Shown here piece by piece: positions 38,840 through 50,660 of a DNA stretch of 64,000 nt. Every line of letters begins with the position of its first letter. Within the stretch, counting starts at the first letter, position 1. The DNA is from the human T2T-CHM13v2.0 reference genome, Homo sapiens. Location: the NCBI RefSeq assembly GCF_009914755.1, contig NC_060928.1. One strand, given 5' to 3'. Position numbers and translations under genes: made by a program. The notes beneath the pieces were generated by a model. That model was not told where the DNA came from. It worked only from the letters and a program-made list of their open reading frames with translations, and ran no database searches.

Positions 38840-40280
38840 CTATGAAAGCAACAGTTGGGCTGGGATGAGCAGACAGTGGGTGTGTTGGGAAATGGGTTAC
38901 ACACAGAAGAGTAAACAACTAATAAACATTGTGTGGATAATGGGGCCAGGTTTTTCTTTGTTAGAAGAGGATTTACAAATATAGAAAGAAATGACAGAAA
39001 GAACCTATGGCATTAGACTGGAAATAGACATACAGTTGTGAACTTATGTTCTTGAAAAAAATAAGTGGATATAAAGATGTAGAAATCAATACAAACATAT
39101 ATATATATATGCGTGTATGTGTGTGTGTGTGTGTCTGTATATGTGCCTCTGTATCTCACACACACAATTATATATGCATTCCATTTGTTCGTCAACTGAG
39201 AAGACACAAGGAGCAGTGATTCTTCAGGAGAATAAGCACACTAGGGACTCAGATCTTGGTTTCTCGGTACCATCGTTAACTGAAAAACTAGGGCTCCTTG
39301 GGAAAATGGTAAGTATTAAGACTGAGGCAGAACAAGAAGACAAACCTGGAAAATCTTATTGGGTGAGAAAGCAAAGAGTTACTACAAGATTGATGAGGGG
39401 GTGACAATAGGACACAGGAGTCAGTCTTAAATGGCTCTCTCTGGCCAAAACTGATGCAATTTTAGCGTAAAATATCAAAAATAGTGAATTAGCATTCAAT
39501 GAATAAAATGTCAAGCTAGGAGTTCAGACAACTATAAATAACATATAAATAAATAGGGAGGAAGATAAAGCTCTTCCTTAGAGTACAATACCAACTAAAT
39601 AAATTTAAAAGGAATGATGGAAATAGAAAATCATACTTTGGCAACTCTCATTTTGGTGGTTAATTCAGAAAGAAGTCATTAATGAATGCTAGATCTGGTG
39701 GTTACAGATTTGATGAAAAACAGGTATTGCATATGAAAAATAAATGATAGGACTTTCTTAGGAGTATCCCCCACATAGAAGTTATCAAAAGGCAATGAAA
39801 AATAAAACACGAAAGACCTATATTCTCTGCAGCTGTCAAATTCATGATGGACAAAGAAAGATTGAGAAACTGTAGCAGACTGAAGGGGACAAAAGAGACA
39901 AGAAAACTTATCCTATCCAGGTTCCTAGACTAGAAAGCAACAATACAGATTGTTGGGACAGTTAACAATATTTAATGGAGGTATATAAACTGGATGCTAG
40001 CATTGCAATAATTCTCATATTTGAATTGTTGCATTGCAGTTGTTTTGTGGTAAAGTAGTAAAATGTCTTTTTTTCTAACATGCAAACAGGAGTATTTAGG
40101 AATAATGAGGGATTGTGTCTACACGATGCTCCCAAGAGAGACAGGGTGATGGAGCAAACATGGTAAAATGCTAACAATTGAGGAATAAGAAAGAATCAAA
40201 ACAAGAGGTCTTGTGAGCTCTTTGTACCATTCTTGCAACTTTTCTGCATGTGGAATTGATTTTAAATAATATATTAAAAT
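38840..40280 (+). mobile_element. L1MC-like 3' UTR fragments
   Basis: atggaaatagaaaatcatactttggcaac...tttgatgaaaaacagg; 3' ctttgtaccattcttgcaacttttctg. Confidence 0.65.
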
Positions 40281-42568
40281 ACATTTAAAAGATAGAATTG
40301 GTAAAAAGATAAGTTAAAGAAAAATAAGGTGTGCAAATTTTAAAAAGACATGAAAGATAGGATTCATAGAATAAGCTAAATGATATATACTGTGTGCTTA
40401 TGATTATGTTAAGGCCCATAAGATAGTGGAAGAAAAATATATGGTCTTCTCTAAAAAATCTTCCACTGTTGGTAAGGAAGTAAAATGAATTTGATGTTAA
40501 TTGATATACTTTGAAATTCTATATTTTCACTGTTACCCACTTTCTTATTATTTGTCTTCTATGATAAATATTTGGAGTAATTTGTAATAATATATGTTAT
40601 TAAAGAAACAAATTAAATTATAAATTAAAATAAATTATAACATATACAATATGATATATAGTTATATAATATTTAAGTTATAAAATAAAAAGAATCAGGG
40701 AAAAAAGCAAGTAGCTAAAGAATGTATACAAATAAAATGTAATTTCGTAGATCCTATGGAATATGTCGTTTAGAGCCTGAGATAAAGTCCATGGTTGAAT
40801 ATTAAAGGATTCAATTTTGAATTTTGAATTTTGAATTTAGATGTTTTAACATTTAAAATAGCTTCAGTTGAAGGAAATTCTCGGGAAAGTTTTGGAAGCT
40901 AACTGGAAATAAGATTAGAAATGGCCAGCTTACAGGTACCTTGACAATGAAGTTTGATTTAATTAAAAGAAATATGGTATCACAATAACCCTGAGATATA
41001 AAAATACAAGTCAGATTCCTGAAACGGTTGCTATGGAAGCAAAGGATACTGTTCATCCTTTCAGTCCTTTTAATGCAGAGGTGCCTTATATTTCTCACCT
41101 CTGGGCTTCTAGTTTTTTTCAGCATCTCATTAGAATTATTTAATGGAAGTATGTGGCAGGCATATGATTTTGAAAATTGGACTGTTTACAAATGAATTTC
41201 TTCCTCAGTTTGCCTGTCTAATTGTAGCAAATGGAAGAGTATAAGTTTTACAGTCATGTCTTTATTGCATATGAAGTTACTTTTCTGCCTATTCTTTTTG
41301 CTTCACCTGCACAAAGCCAAAGTAAAGAATACAATGCACAGAATTTCCATATGTAAAGGCCGCTTCAATTACTATTAATACTTGTGTTTAAATTTACTTT
41401 GTGTAGAAAAAGAATGTCTGCTTGTTGCACAGTGCTCCTTTTTAAGTTCCTAAAAGATTAGAATTGTAGTGCAACTGCCCCTGTCATTTATGTCTCACTT
41501 TTATGTGTTGCTGCTTTTATGGAGTGCTAAATTGCTTAATTAAATTTTACTGGTTTATTCTGCTTGCTCATTCATATCCTACTTAATCCAGCCTACGACA
41601 TTTTCTTCCTTTAAGTGAACATATGACACCTCACAATATAATTTTAGAGGTACATTTGGGCTGTGAAAATGGCTAAGTGGTTTAATAATGTAAGGTGCTA
41701 TTTGTTGAAAAAAAAACCTGAATACTCCATGCAAGTATCAAAGTCATAAGCAACGTCAGTATGTTGGGTTTAACAAAGCTCTTGGAGGCATAAATATGGG
41801 TTAAATGCCTACTTTTATTAGGTGTCATTATAGTTTATTTCTATACTTTTTTTTCCAATCTTACACGATGCATAAAATACGCACTTTAACACATTCCCTT
41901 TCTAGGATACATACAAAGAGGAAAGAATGCCATTTTCTTTATTATACTTCCTTCACAATTGAAAGTAGCTAGTACATGATAAAGCATTTGAAATGTTCCC
42001 CATCACTCACTTGCACACCACCTCCAAAACTTTCTAGTTCCTCTCTGAACTGTTTCTTCTTTCTTCAGATGACTTCATAACTTTATATAAACAAAACTTG
42101 TGTCCATTTAAAATGAGTCCTTCATTATTTTATTTTCGCATATTAAGGATTACCTGCAGTTTTGTCAAACTCATCTTCATCATGCCCATGATCAAGGATG
42201 TTTCTTCATGGTACTAAACCCTGTCTTAGCCACTGTTGAATTAGCAACCATTAAAGTCACTCTTTCTCTATTCCTTATAGTTATGCCCAATATTTTAATG
42301 TGTTAATTATTTCTATTATTAACAATGCACATAACTCATTTATTGGCAGGGAACCTATAAATGAGTTGAACCTTTTCCTTCAGAACAGATTAGTGGCATT
42401 AGTATAATCACAAGTAGGGGCTCTGTTACTCGTTGTGAAGGTTCAAATAGAAGCTCTGTCACTGCAGTTTTTAAATCTCAATATTCTTCATTTTCTCATT
42501 TGTAAAATTATAGTACTCAATATAATCGAGTAATTATAGTACTCAAATGAGCTAATATATGTTTAGGA

Positions 42569-43039
42569 TGTGAACCCCGAATATCTGAGACAGGTCTCAG
42601 TCAATTTAGGAAGTTTATTTTGCCAAAGTTAAGGACATGTACCCGTGACACAGCCTCGGAAGGTCCTGATGCCATGTGCCCGAGGTGGTGTGAGCACAGC
42701 TTGGTTTTATACATTTTAGGAAGACATGAAAAATCAATGAATATATGTAAGATGAACATTGCTTCTATCCAGAAAGGCGGGACAACTCAAAGCTAAGGTA
42801 GGACAACTGGAAGTGGGGAGGGGCTTTCCAGGTCATAGGTAGATAAGAGACAAATGGTTGCATTCTTTTGAGTTTCTGTTTAGCTTCTCCAAATGAGGCA
42901 GTCAGATATGCATTTATCTCAGTGATCAGAGGGATGACTTTGAATAGAATGGGAGGCAGGTTTGCCCAAGCAGCTCGCAGCTTGACTTTTCCCTTTAGCT
43001 TAGTGACTTTGGAGCCCCAAGATTTATTTTCCTTTCTCA
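42569..43039 (-). mobile_element. MER4A/MER4A1-like ERV1 solo LTR inserted in a MIR
   Basis: tgtgaaccccgaatatctgagacaggtctcagtcaatttaggaagtttattttgccaaag...ccccaagatttattttcctttctca; TSD agga/aggg. Confidence 0.88.
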
Positions 43040-44059
43040 AGGGCATGGCCTAATGAGGGATCACATTTTATTAATATGTTTAATATTGTTAATAACCAAA
43101 AGATTTGGATGTTCTCTAGGTGTAATAAGTACCTTCCAGTTGCATTGCATGACATTATTCATATGAGGTGCCATGTCAGCTGTTCACCTCTCCCTGGTCT
43201 CACTGTGCTAGGTACCTGCAGACCGAGGGCCAGCCCATCTTCCATGAGCACCTACCAATCAGAAAGGACACAAATAGCAGTGGTTACAAACACAATCTGC
43301 TACTGATTCAAGCTTTAATTGTTTGATCCTAGAAGTTGGGGCATGGGCAGAAGCAGCTGGGATATGAGTATGTGTGGCAGTAACCATCCTCTGAGAACTC
43401 AAAGCAAAGGCAAATTGCCAACCTATGAGAATGTATTTTATTATTTTAACTGGCTGTACTGGGGCTGTCTGTATGAAAATCATCCTTTCTTTTCTCCAGT
43501 GCTAATCTCTCTTATCTTAATCTCCAGGCAATTTTTGCACCAGGACGAGGGTCATGCCATATTAGTTTTTATTCCTCTTTCTCATACAATTTCAGTCTAT
43601 CTCATTGTATCAAATAATTTCTTTTTCCTTCAAAACTGTAGAGATTTTTCTATTAGGGGAAATAAAAAGAATCTCCTAAGCACTCAAACTGATATCTTAT
43701 CTCACTCCTTTTCATGGCTATTGTTTGTATGTTTTCTCAATATAGCTTCCAGGGCTGGGTACCAGTTGAGGAATGACCAGTCAGCTTTTTTAGGTGAGGT
43801 ATTGACTTTAATGAATTCATCCCACTGAATGGAAACGGAATTCAACAGAGCCAGTAAAAGATGGAGCTCTATGCTCACAGTCCAACTATTTTTGTCATGC
43901 ATATAGCTTCTAAAGATTTAAATTCTGATTTAACATCCTGCGGTCCACTTTTACACATATATGTGTTTATAGATACACATACATATATACATTTATATAT
44001 ATATGGGTGTATATATAAATAAATCATTATATATATATAAATAAATCATCTCTTTACAT

Positions 44060-44950
44060 GAGTATCCTGTTATCTTTTCAAACTCATTATTTCCAGCATA
44101 TTGAGTAGGTACTTAAACATCTTTCTGCATTCCCTATCTGTTAGCACCTCCTTGTTCTAATTATACAGGAAGAAAATTTTGGAGTCATCTTTGATCACTC
44201 TTTTCCCCTTTTTTTCTATGTTGAATTAGTATTTTATTTTCAATAGTTCAATCTCTTAATTTTTTCTTAAATTATTATTTCTAAAGTTATATTTTAGATT
44301 CTCATTACTATTTACTTGATGTATCTTAGTCAATTCAGACATGGCAAAGCAAAACTGGAAACCTTCATCTTCCACAAAACACAAACACACATGTGTACAT
44401 ATATACACATACTTACCCCATCTGCCACGTTTGACCTTCCTACAGTGCTGTTTTTCTTAAAGGCTTATTTATTAACCATTTGATCAAAGTATGTAATCTG
44501 GGAGTTGTCCTTGACCAATCATTACCAATATATAGTCCATCTCCAGGTCCTATCAAGTTTATATATCTGAGATATGTTTTATGCTGGGATCTTATTAAAA
44601 TGCAGATTCTGATAATATTTATTTAGGGTGAGTCTTGAGGCTGTACGTTCTGAGTTCATCTTAAGGAATGCCCATATTGAGGACTTGAGAAATATATTTT
44701 GAATAGCAAAAATCAATGGGGTCCTACATCATCTGGCCCCTTTGCAATCACTCAGAATTTATCACAACACTCTCCATCTGACTCACTTGGCTTCAGGTCC
44801 CTTAACTTCTTTCATTTTCTTAGTACATCAAACTCTTTCATATGTTCACAACTTTGCATGGAGAGTCTCATTTGTCCAGAATGCTCTTCATCACTTTCTG
44901 TACTACTAACCCTGCATCCTTTACATCTCAACTTCTTTTATTCCTCTGGC
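44060..44950 (-). mobile_element. L2 fragments, with a MER5-like piece at ~44580-44710
   Basis: ttggagtcatctttgatcactc, aatctgggagttgtccttgac; cttattaaaatgcagattctga. Confidence 0.5.
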
Positions 44951-44964
44951 AGACACTTTCTGAG

Positions 44965-45287
44965 TATGATGGTTAATTTGATGTGTCAACTTAACTGGGC
45001 CCTGAGATACCTAGATATTTTGTTAAAGATTATTCTAGGAGTTTCTGTGAGGGTGTTTCTGTATGACATTATGTCTGGATCTGTAGACTGGAGAAGTAGA
45101 TTGCCCTCCCCAGTGTGTTTGGGCCTCATCCAATCCACCGAGTAGAACAAAAAGGCTGAGTATGGGAGAATTGTTTCTCTCTCTACCTTACTGTCTTCAA
45201 GCTGGGACAACAGGCTTCTCCTGCCTTCAGGCTCAGATTTAGACTAGGACTGGAACTTACACCATGGGCTCTTCTGGGTCTCCAGCT
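44965..45287 (+). mobile_element. MLT2 (MLT2D-like) ERVL LTR, 3'-truncated
   Basis: tgatggttaatttgatgtgtcaacttaactgggcc...gtttctgtgagggtgtttctg...tagaacaaaaaggctgagt. Confidence 0.85.
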
Positions 45288-45525
45288 ATACATGCTGTAC
45301 TGATAAACACCCACATAAATATTTGATTAACATAGCAGTAAGGGCTAAAAAGAAAAAGAAATATGATTATGAAAAAAGAGGTATATGTTGCATAGGTGGT
45401 CAGGGAAGTATTCTAAAAGGAAGTAGAATTTTTACTGAAAATTAAAGAAAGAATTAGTAGAAAGAAACAGAAAAAAATCATTTCAGGCAGAGGGCACATC
45501 CTTTGTCAAGATGTTGAGATGGTGT

Positions 45526-46302
45526 TGTTGGGGCTCATAACACAATACCTCAGAGCAGGGTGCTTTGGCATTCTGAGTATTTTGAATTGAAGGATACTAG
45601 AAAGACCTCAGAAGCAATGGTTTTCTCTGACCTTCTCTCACCCTCCTGTCTCCAGCCCCTCTTCCTCTTCAATAGTGAGTCATAGAAACTAGAATTCCTC
45701 TTCCCCATGACAATTCATAGAAACTAGAAATTCTCTCCTTCAAACTAAGTTGTAAAATCTAGAAATGTCACTCCCTGACTTTGTCCCTTCTCCTCTGAAG
45801 ATCCTCCAGAGACAGGTGTCCTGTCCTATATCCAGAGGAAGGAATGCTTCAGGAGAAGCCAAGAATAATCTGAACAGATAGGTCTTGTTGAGTTATCCTC
45901 CTCAATTTATTACCATTAGATTATACCTCTTCCCCATTTTTTTTTTTTTTTTGGTAGAGACAGGGTCTTCCTATGTTGCCCAGTTGTCCTCAAACTCCTG
46001 GCCTCAAGCAATCCTTCCTCCTGGGCCTCCCAAAGCACTGGGATTACTGATGTGAACCATCACACCCAACCAAGATAATACCCTTTTTTGTGCAATTATA
46101 TTTCTATATGATGCCCATTCTTCATTGAACTAAGCATAAAATACAGTTTTCCTTGGGTCTTTTAATCTTCATTTCTAAAGACTACCATGTCAGGTAAAAC
46201 TGTTAAAAATATTTTTTCTCTTATAATCTGTCTTATGTTATAGAAGTGTTAACCATGACCCTTGTGATACATGGCAAAAGGTATGATCATTTTGCTCCTA
46301 CA
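45526..46302 (+). mobile_element. MER39-like ERV1 solo LTR containing a FLAM, inserted in L2
   Basis: tgttggggctcataacacaatacc...ctttggcattctgagtattttgaa...catagaaactagaattcctcttcccc...gctcctaca. Confidence 0.82.
45937..46072 (-). mobile_element. FLAM_C-like Alu monomer
   Basis: Poly-T, gtagagacagggtcttcctatgttgccc...ctcccaaagcactgggatta; degenerate TSD agattatacc/agataatacc. Confidence 0.88.
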
Positions 46303-46479
46303 ATTTCACGACCAGCTGTGTGTATGCAGGGTCTAGAAAAAAAAAATCAGTGTGTCTTGAGTGAAGGAAGTAGGCCTTGGTAAAGAATATAGATTTAATC
46401 TAAGCACAATGGGTATACAATGAAATAATCAAGGAGGAAATATGACTAATTTTTGTTTGTTATGTGTTTTACTCTGTTG

Positions 46480-47340
46480 GGACCTCTGTTTCCAGTCATG
46501 ACAGAGAAAAATGGTACAAGACATGTGATCCCTTCACGATAACTACTGCAGAAAATTATAAAATACATGAGAGACAACGTTTCAGGAATGAAACAATAAG
46601 CAGAGATCTGTGATCATGGGGAGAAGGGAAATACACAAGGTGAACCAGATGACTGTAGCATGGTGGTCCCTGGTTTCTGCCTAGAGACTTTCCTCTGCTG
46701 CAAAATATTGAGGCAAAATAACAGTGATTTTGCTGAGCTGAGGAGGAAGGTATTAGATTTTTTGGCTTGTGCAGCAGCTGAAATATACAGCTCTGGCTAT
46801 CTAAGATGAGGGCTCTCTTCCAGAGAAGGGGCTCTGGAAGTCTTTGTAATGAATCATCATAGGTCCTTGGGTGGGGGCTCAGTGATTAACTTCAGATAAA
46901 CAGAGTGTCAGCCCAGCCAGAATGGAATGATCTGCCCTGCACCCTCTGAGCACATTGAGCATGTAGCTGAGACTCCAGAAAATGCCATTGCTTACAAGTC
47001 AGGACCACACTATGCAGTAAGTGGCGTGTTGTAAATGCTAAGTACAAAACAGGAATAGAATGTTCTTAGCAATGACAAAATCAAATCTGATAGGACCAAA
47101 GTATAGGCCAGTAATTGAAATACATGACAAAACAAAATGCATTGCCTTTTAACGGGTGACAAAATACTTCAAACACTAAATAATATAATCCATGATGGCC
47201 AGCATAAAATTAAAGAAAAATAACATACTGTGTATGTAGAAATAGAAAGTGTCACCCATAGACAAAAGGAAAAGCAGTTAAAAGAATCAACACTGAAATG
47301 TTGTAATGAGCAGAAAGTAAGTTTCAAGGAGCTGTTGATA
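46480..47340 (+). mobile_element. Old L1M 5' end fragment
   Basis: ggggagaagggaaatacacaaggtgaacc...; 3' part ccatgatggccagcataaaattaaa...aaagtgtcacccatag resembles the L1M 5' UTR/ORF1 start. Confidence 0.5.
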
Positions 47341-49005
47341 CTTTTGTTTTGTGAGGTTCCCACATAGACACTGTTGTTTTCTTGGTGTGATACGGAACAG
47401 GGAAAGTGCAGGAGTAAAAATGTCTAAGCTTACAAAAACAGAAAATGTTTAGCTAAATGAACATGTGGGAATACATGTTGATTCTGAATTTAAGTCGCCA
47501 ACACATTTTTATTTAACATACTTATCTTTTTGCTGGAAATAATAATGTTTAATTATAGTGGGCTTTAGTCTTAGAAAAGTAATGAAAACTTGTGTATGAA
47601 TTTTCTGATGGCTTTAAAACATATGGGTGACAGTGGTACAAGATAAGATTTGACATTTTTGACTTTGAGAGTTATAGGAACTATAAAATTTATATATTTA
47701 CCATTGCTAATTCATTATTATTATCCTTTCTGAGTCAGAAGTTGAGTGTTAAGAGAGACACTTTAATAAATGACTTGTCACGTGACACTTGGACTACCAT
47801 GAACATGCCTCAAGCTCTCTAAGCTTTCATTGCCCTACGTGTAAGCTTGGAGTAATAATACGTATTTCAACATGTGACCCTTTTTTTAGTGTAAGAATGG
47901 GAGATGTGCTCCTTTCATCTCTCTACTTCCCTGAGTGGATATTGGTAGCCCTATTCATTTATATTTGAAAATGCAAATATGGTCATACTCTAAAAGTTCT
48001 TTGGCAATCAGCTATTTTTATTTACAAATTAAGATCTTACAATTAAATATGACATCATCAAATATAGACACCAGCACCTAATTATCCTGTTTTACTTCTT
48101 CTTTTATTTTTATTTTTATTTTTTTGTCAGTGGGTCTTTTCTAGACAGAATTCTTAGAATACAAACCATTTCTTCTCATCATACAGTTTTGGCCACAAGT
48201 CTCAAAAATCTATTTTGAAATTCTGAAAACAAAAATTCATTCATTGTTTTGCTCAACATTTCTGTTATGTCATCACTCAGAAAATGTCAAACAACCCAGT
48301 GCTAAAGCTGTTAGTTTCTGCTGGGGAGAGAGAGGCAGGAGAGATGACATTATTGTATCAAAATGATTGTTTGCAACTCTATGGTCTTGTTATTTCTTTA
48401 ATATGTAAATAATGCCAAACAATTCAAACTACCTTAATTCTAACTATTTTTCTTTACTAACTCGGTGTTATACAATATTGATGAGTCATTCCACCACTGG
48501 GATCCTATTTCCTCTTGCTAAAGTATAAGCACATATCTAGCTTGGTTTTGAGAGAGGAGGTGAAAGTCAAGTCAAACTAATTATAATATATGAAAGCATT
48601 GTAGTGGATTCCATTCTGTAATTGCTGTAACTAGTGAGTCAAATAAGTTCTGTTTTCTTAATTAAAAGGCCAACAAACATTGAACATTGTTTTCATTTTC
48701 TTTTGATACATAATATATTTTACATAACATCCCAGGATATGAAACGATTTTTGAATCAATAAATCAATTTCATTTTACAATTTTTCTTTCTGAGCAAATT
48801 TATTTCAGTCATTTTATTTCCTCTAACTGCATTTTTTTAAATGTCTAAGCATGGAAAAACTGAAAGCAATATTCTAAGGAGATTCATTTATTCATTACAT
48901 ATTAATTAGGTCTTTACTATGCAGCAGACATGCTGTACATACATGGAATACATGGAATACAGCAAAAATAGGACAGAAATTTTTTTTAAAAAAACTCTGC
49001 TTTCA

Positions 49006-49350
<345 letters not shown>

Positions 49351-49478
49351 TCACAAAGACACATTAGAAATGACATTACTCTACATCTATACTCAATAAA
49401 GACCTGCAAACATTATTTTGTGCCTCACATTTCATGGCATCATAACAGAAATAAAATATATTTATTGATGTGATGTTA

Positions 49479-50660
49479 GGATTAAAGATTTTAATGTAAG
49501 ACCTCAAACTATAAGATGCATAGAAGAAAATCTAGGAAATAAGTCTTCTCAACATTAGCATCAGCAAAGAATTTATGACTAAGTCCCAAAAGCAATGGCA
49601 ACAAAAACAAAAACTGACGAGTGGGACCTAATTAAACCAAAGAGCTTCTGCACATTAAAAACCATCAATCGAGTAAAAAGACAACCTAAAGAATGGGAGA
49701 ATATACTTGCAAACTGTCCATCTAATAATATTACAAAGGTCTAATGTCAAGAATCTGTAAGAAATTTAAACAAATCAACAAAAGAAAACCAACTCACTCC
49801 ATTAAAAAAATGGGCAAAGGACATGAACAGACACTTCTCAAGAGAAGACACCCAAGTAGCCTGTTTCATCTGTTTGTTACAGATGAAAAATCACTCAACA
49901 TCACTAATCATAAGAGAGATGCAAATCAGAACTACAGTGAGAAAACATCTCACACCAGTCAGAATAGCTATTATTAAAAAGTAAAAAAAATAACAGTTTG
50001 TTGGTGAAGCTGTGGAGAAAAGGGAATGCTTATACACTGTTGGTTGGAATGTAAATTAGTTCAGCCACTTGTGAAAGCAATTTGGAGATTTCTTAAAGAA
50101 CTTAAAACAGAGCTACCATATGACCCAGCAATCCCATTACTGACTATATACTCAAAAAAAATAGATCATTCTACCAAAAAGACACATGCACTTGTATGTT
50201 CATTTCAGCAATATTCACAATAGCAAAAACATGGAATCAACCTAGGTGCTCATCAATAATGTATTGGATAAAGAAAATGTGGTATATAAACACATTGGGA
50301 TACCATGTAGCCATGAGAAAGAACAAAATCATGTTCTTTGCAGCAACATAGATGGAGCTGGAGGAGACCATAATCCTAAGTGAATTAATGTAGGAATAGA
50401 AGACCAAATAGCACGTGTTCTTCCTTACAAGTGAGAGCTAAACCTTGAGTACTCATGGACATAATAATGGGAACAATAAGACACCGTGGGCTACTAAAAA
50501 GGAGAGGAGGAGAGGTGGGAGAGAGTTGAAAAACTACCTAGTGGGTACTATGCTTACTACTTGGATCCAATATACCCATGTTAACAACCCTACATGTATA
50601 CCCCCTGTATCTAAAATGAAAGTTGAAATTAAATTAATTAATTAATTAATTAATTAAAAA
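49479..50660 (+). mobile_element. 5'-truncated L1PA (L1PA16/17-like) with (TTAA)n tail
   Basis: ORF2 C-terminus (CKLVQPLVKAIWRFLKELKTELPYDPAIPLL); 3' end ccctgtatctaaaatgaaagttgaaatt. Confidence 0.92.

Noticed and set aside
43319-43828. Longest ORF in the track (169 aa)
   Set aside because: Non-ATG start, F/L/I/S-rich composition typical of AT-rich non-coding DNA, and no recognisable domain or exon context.
43955-44050. TA-rich tract with a duplicated tatatataaataaatcat
   Set aside because: Ordinary slippage in low-complexity sequence.
34697-46302. Two same-orientation MER39-like LTRs ~10 kb apart, suggesting a provirus
   Set aside because: The first LTR has its own CAAG TSD inside an L1. 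The interval holds L1, MLT, MER4A, L2 and unique DNA with no gag/pol-like sequence, so these are independent solo LTRs.
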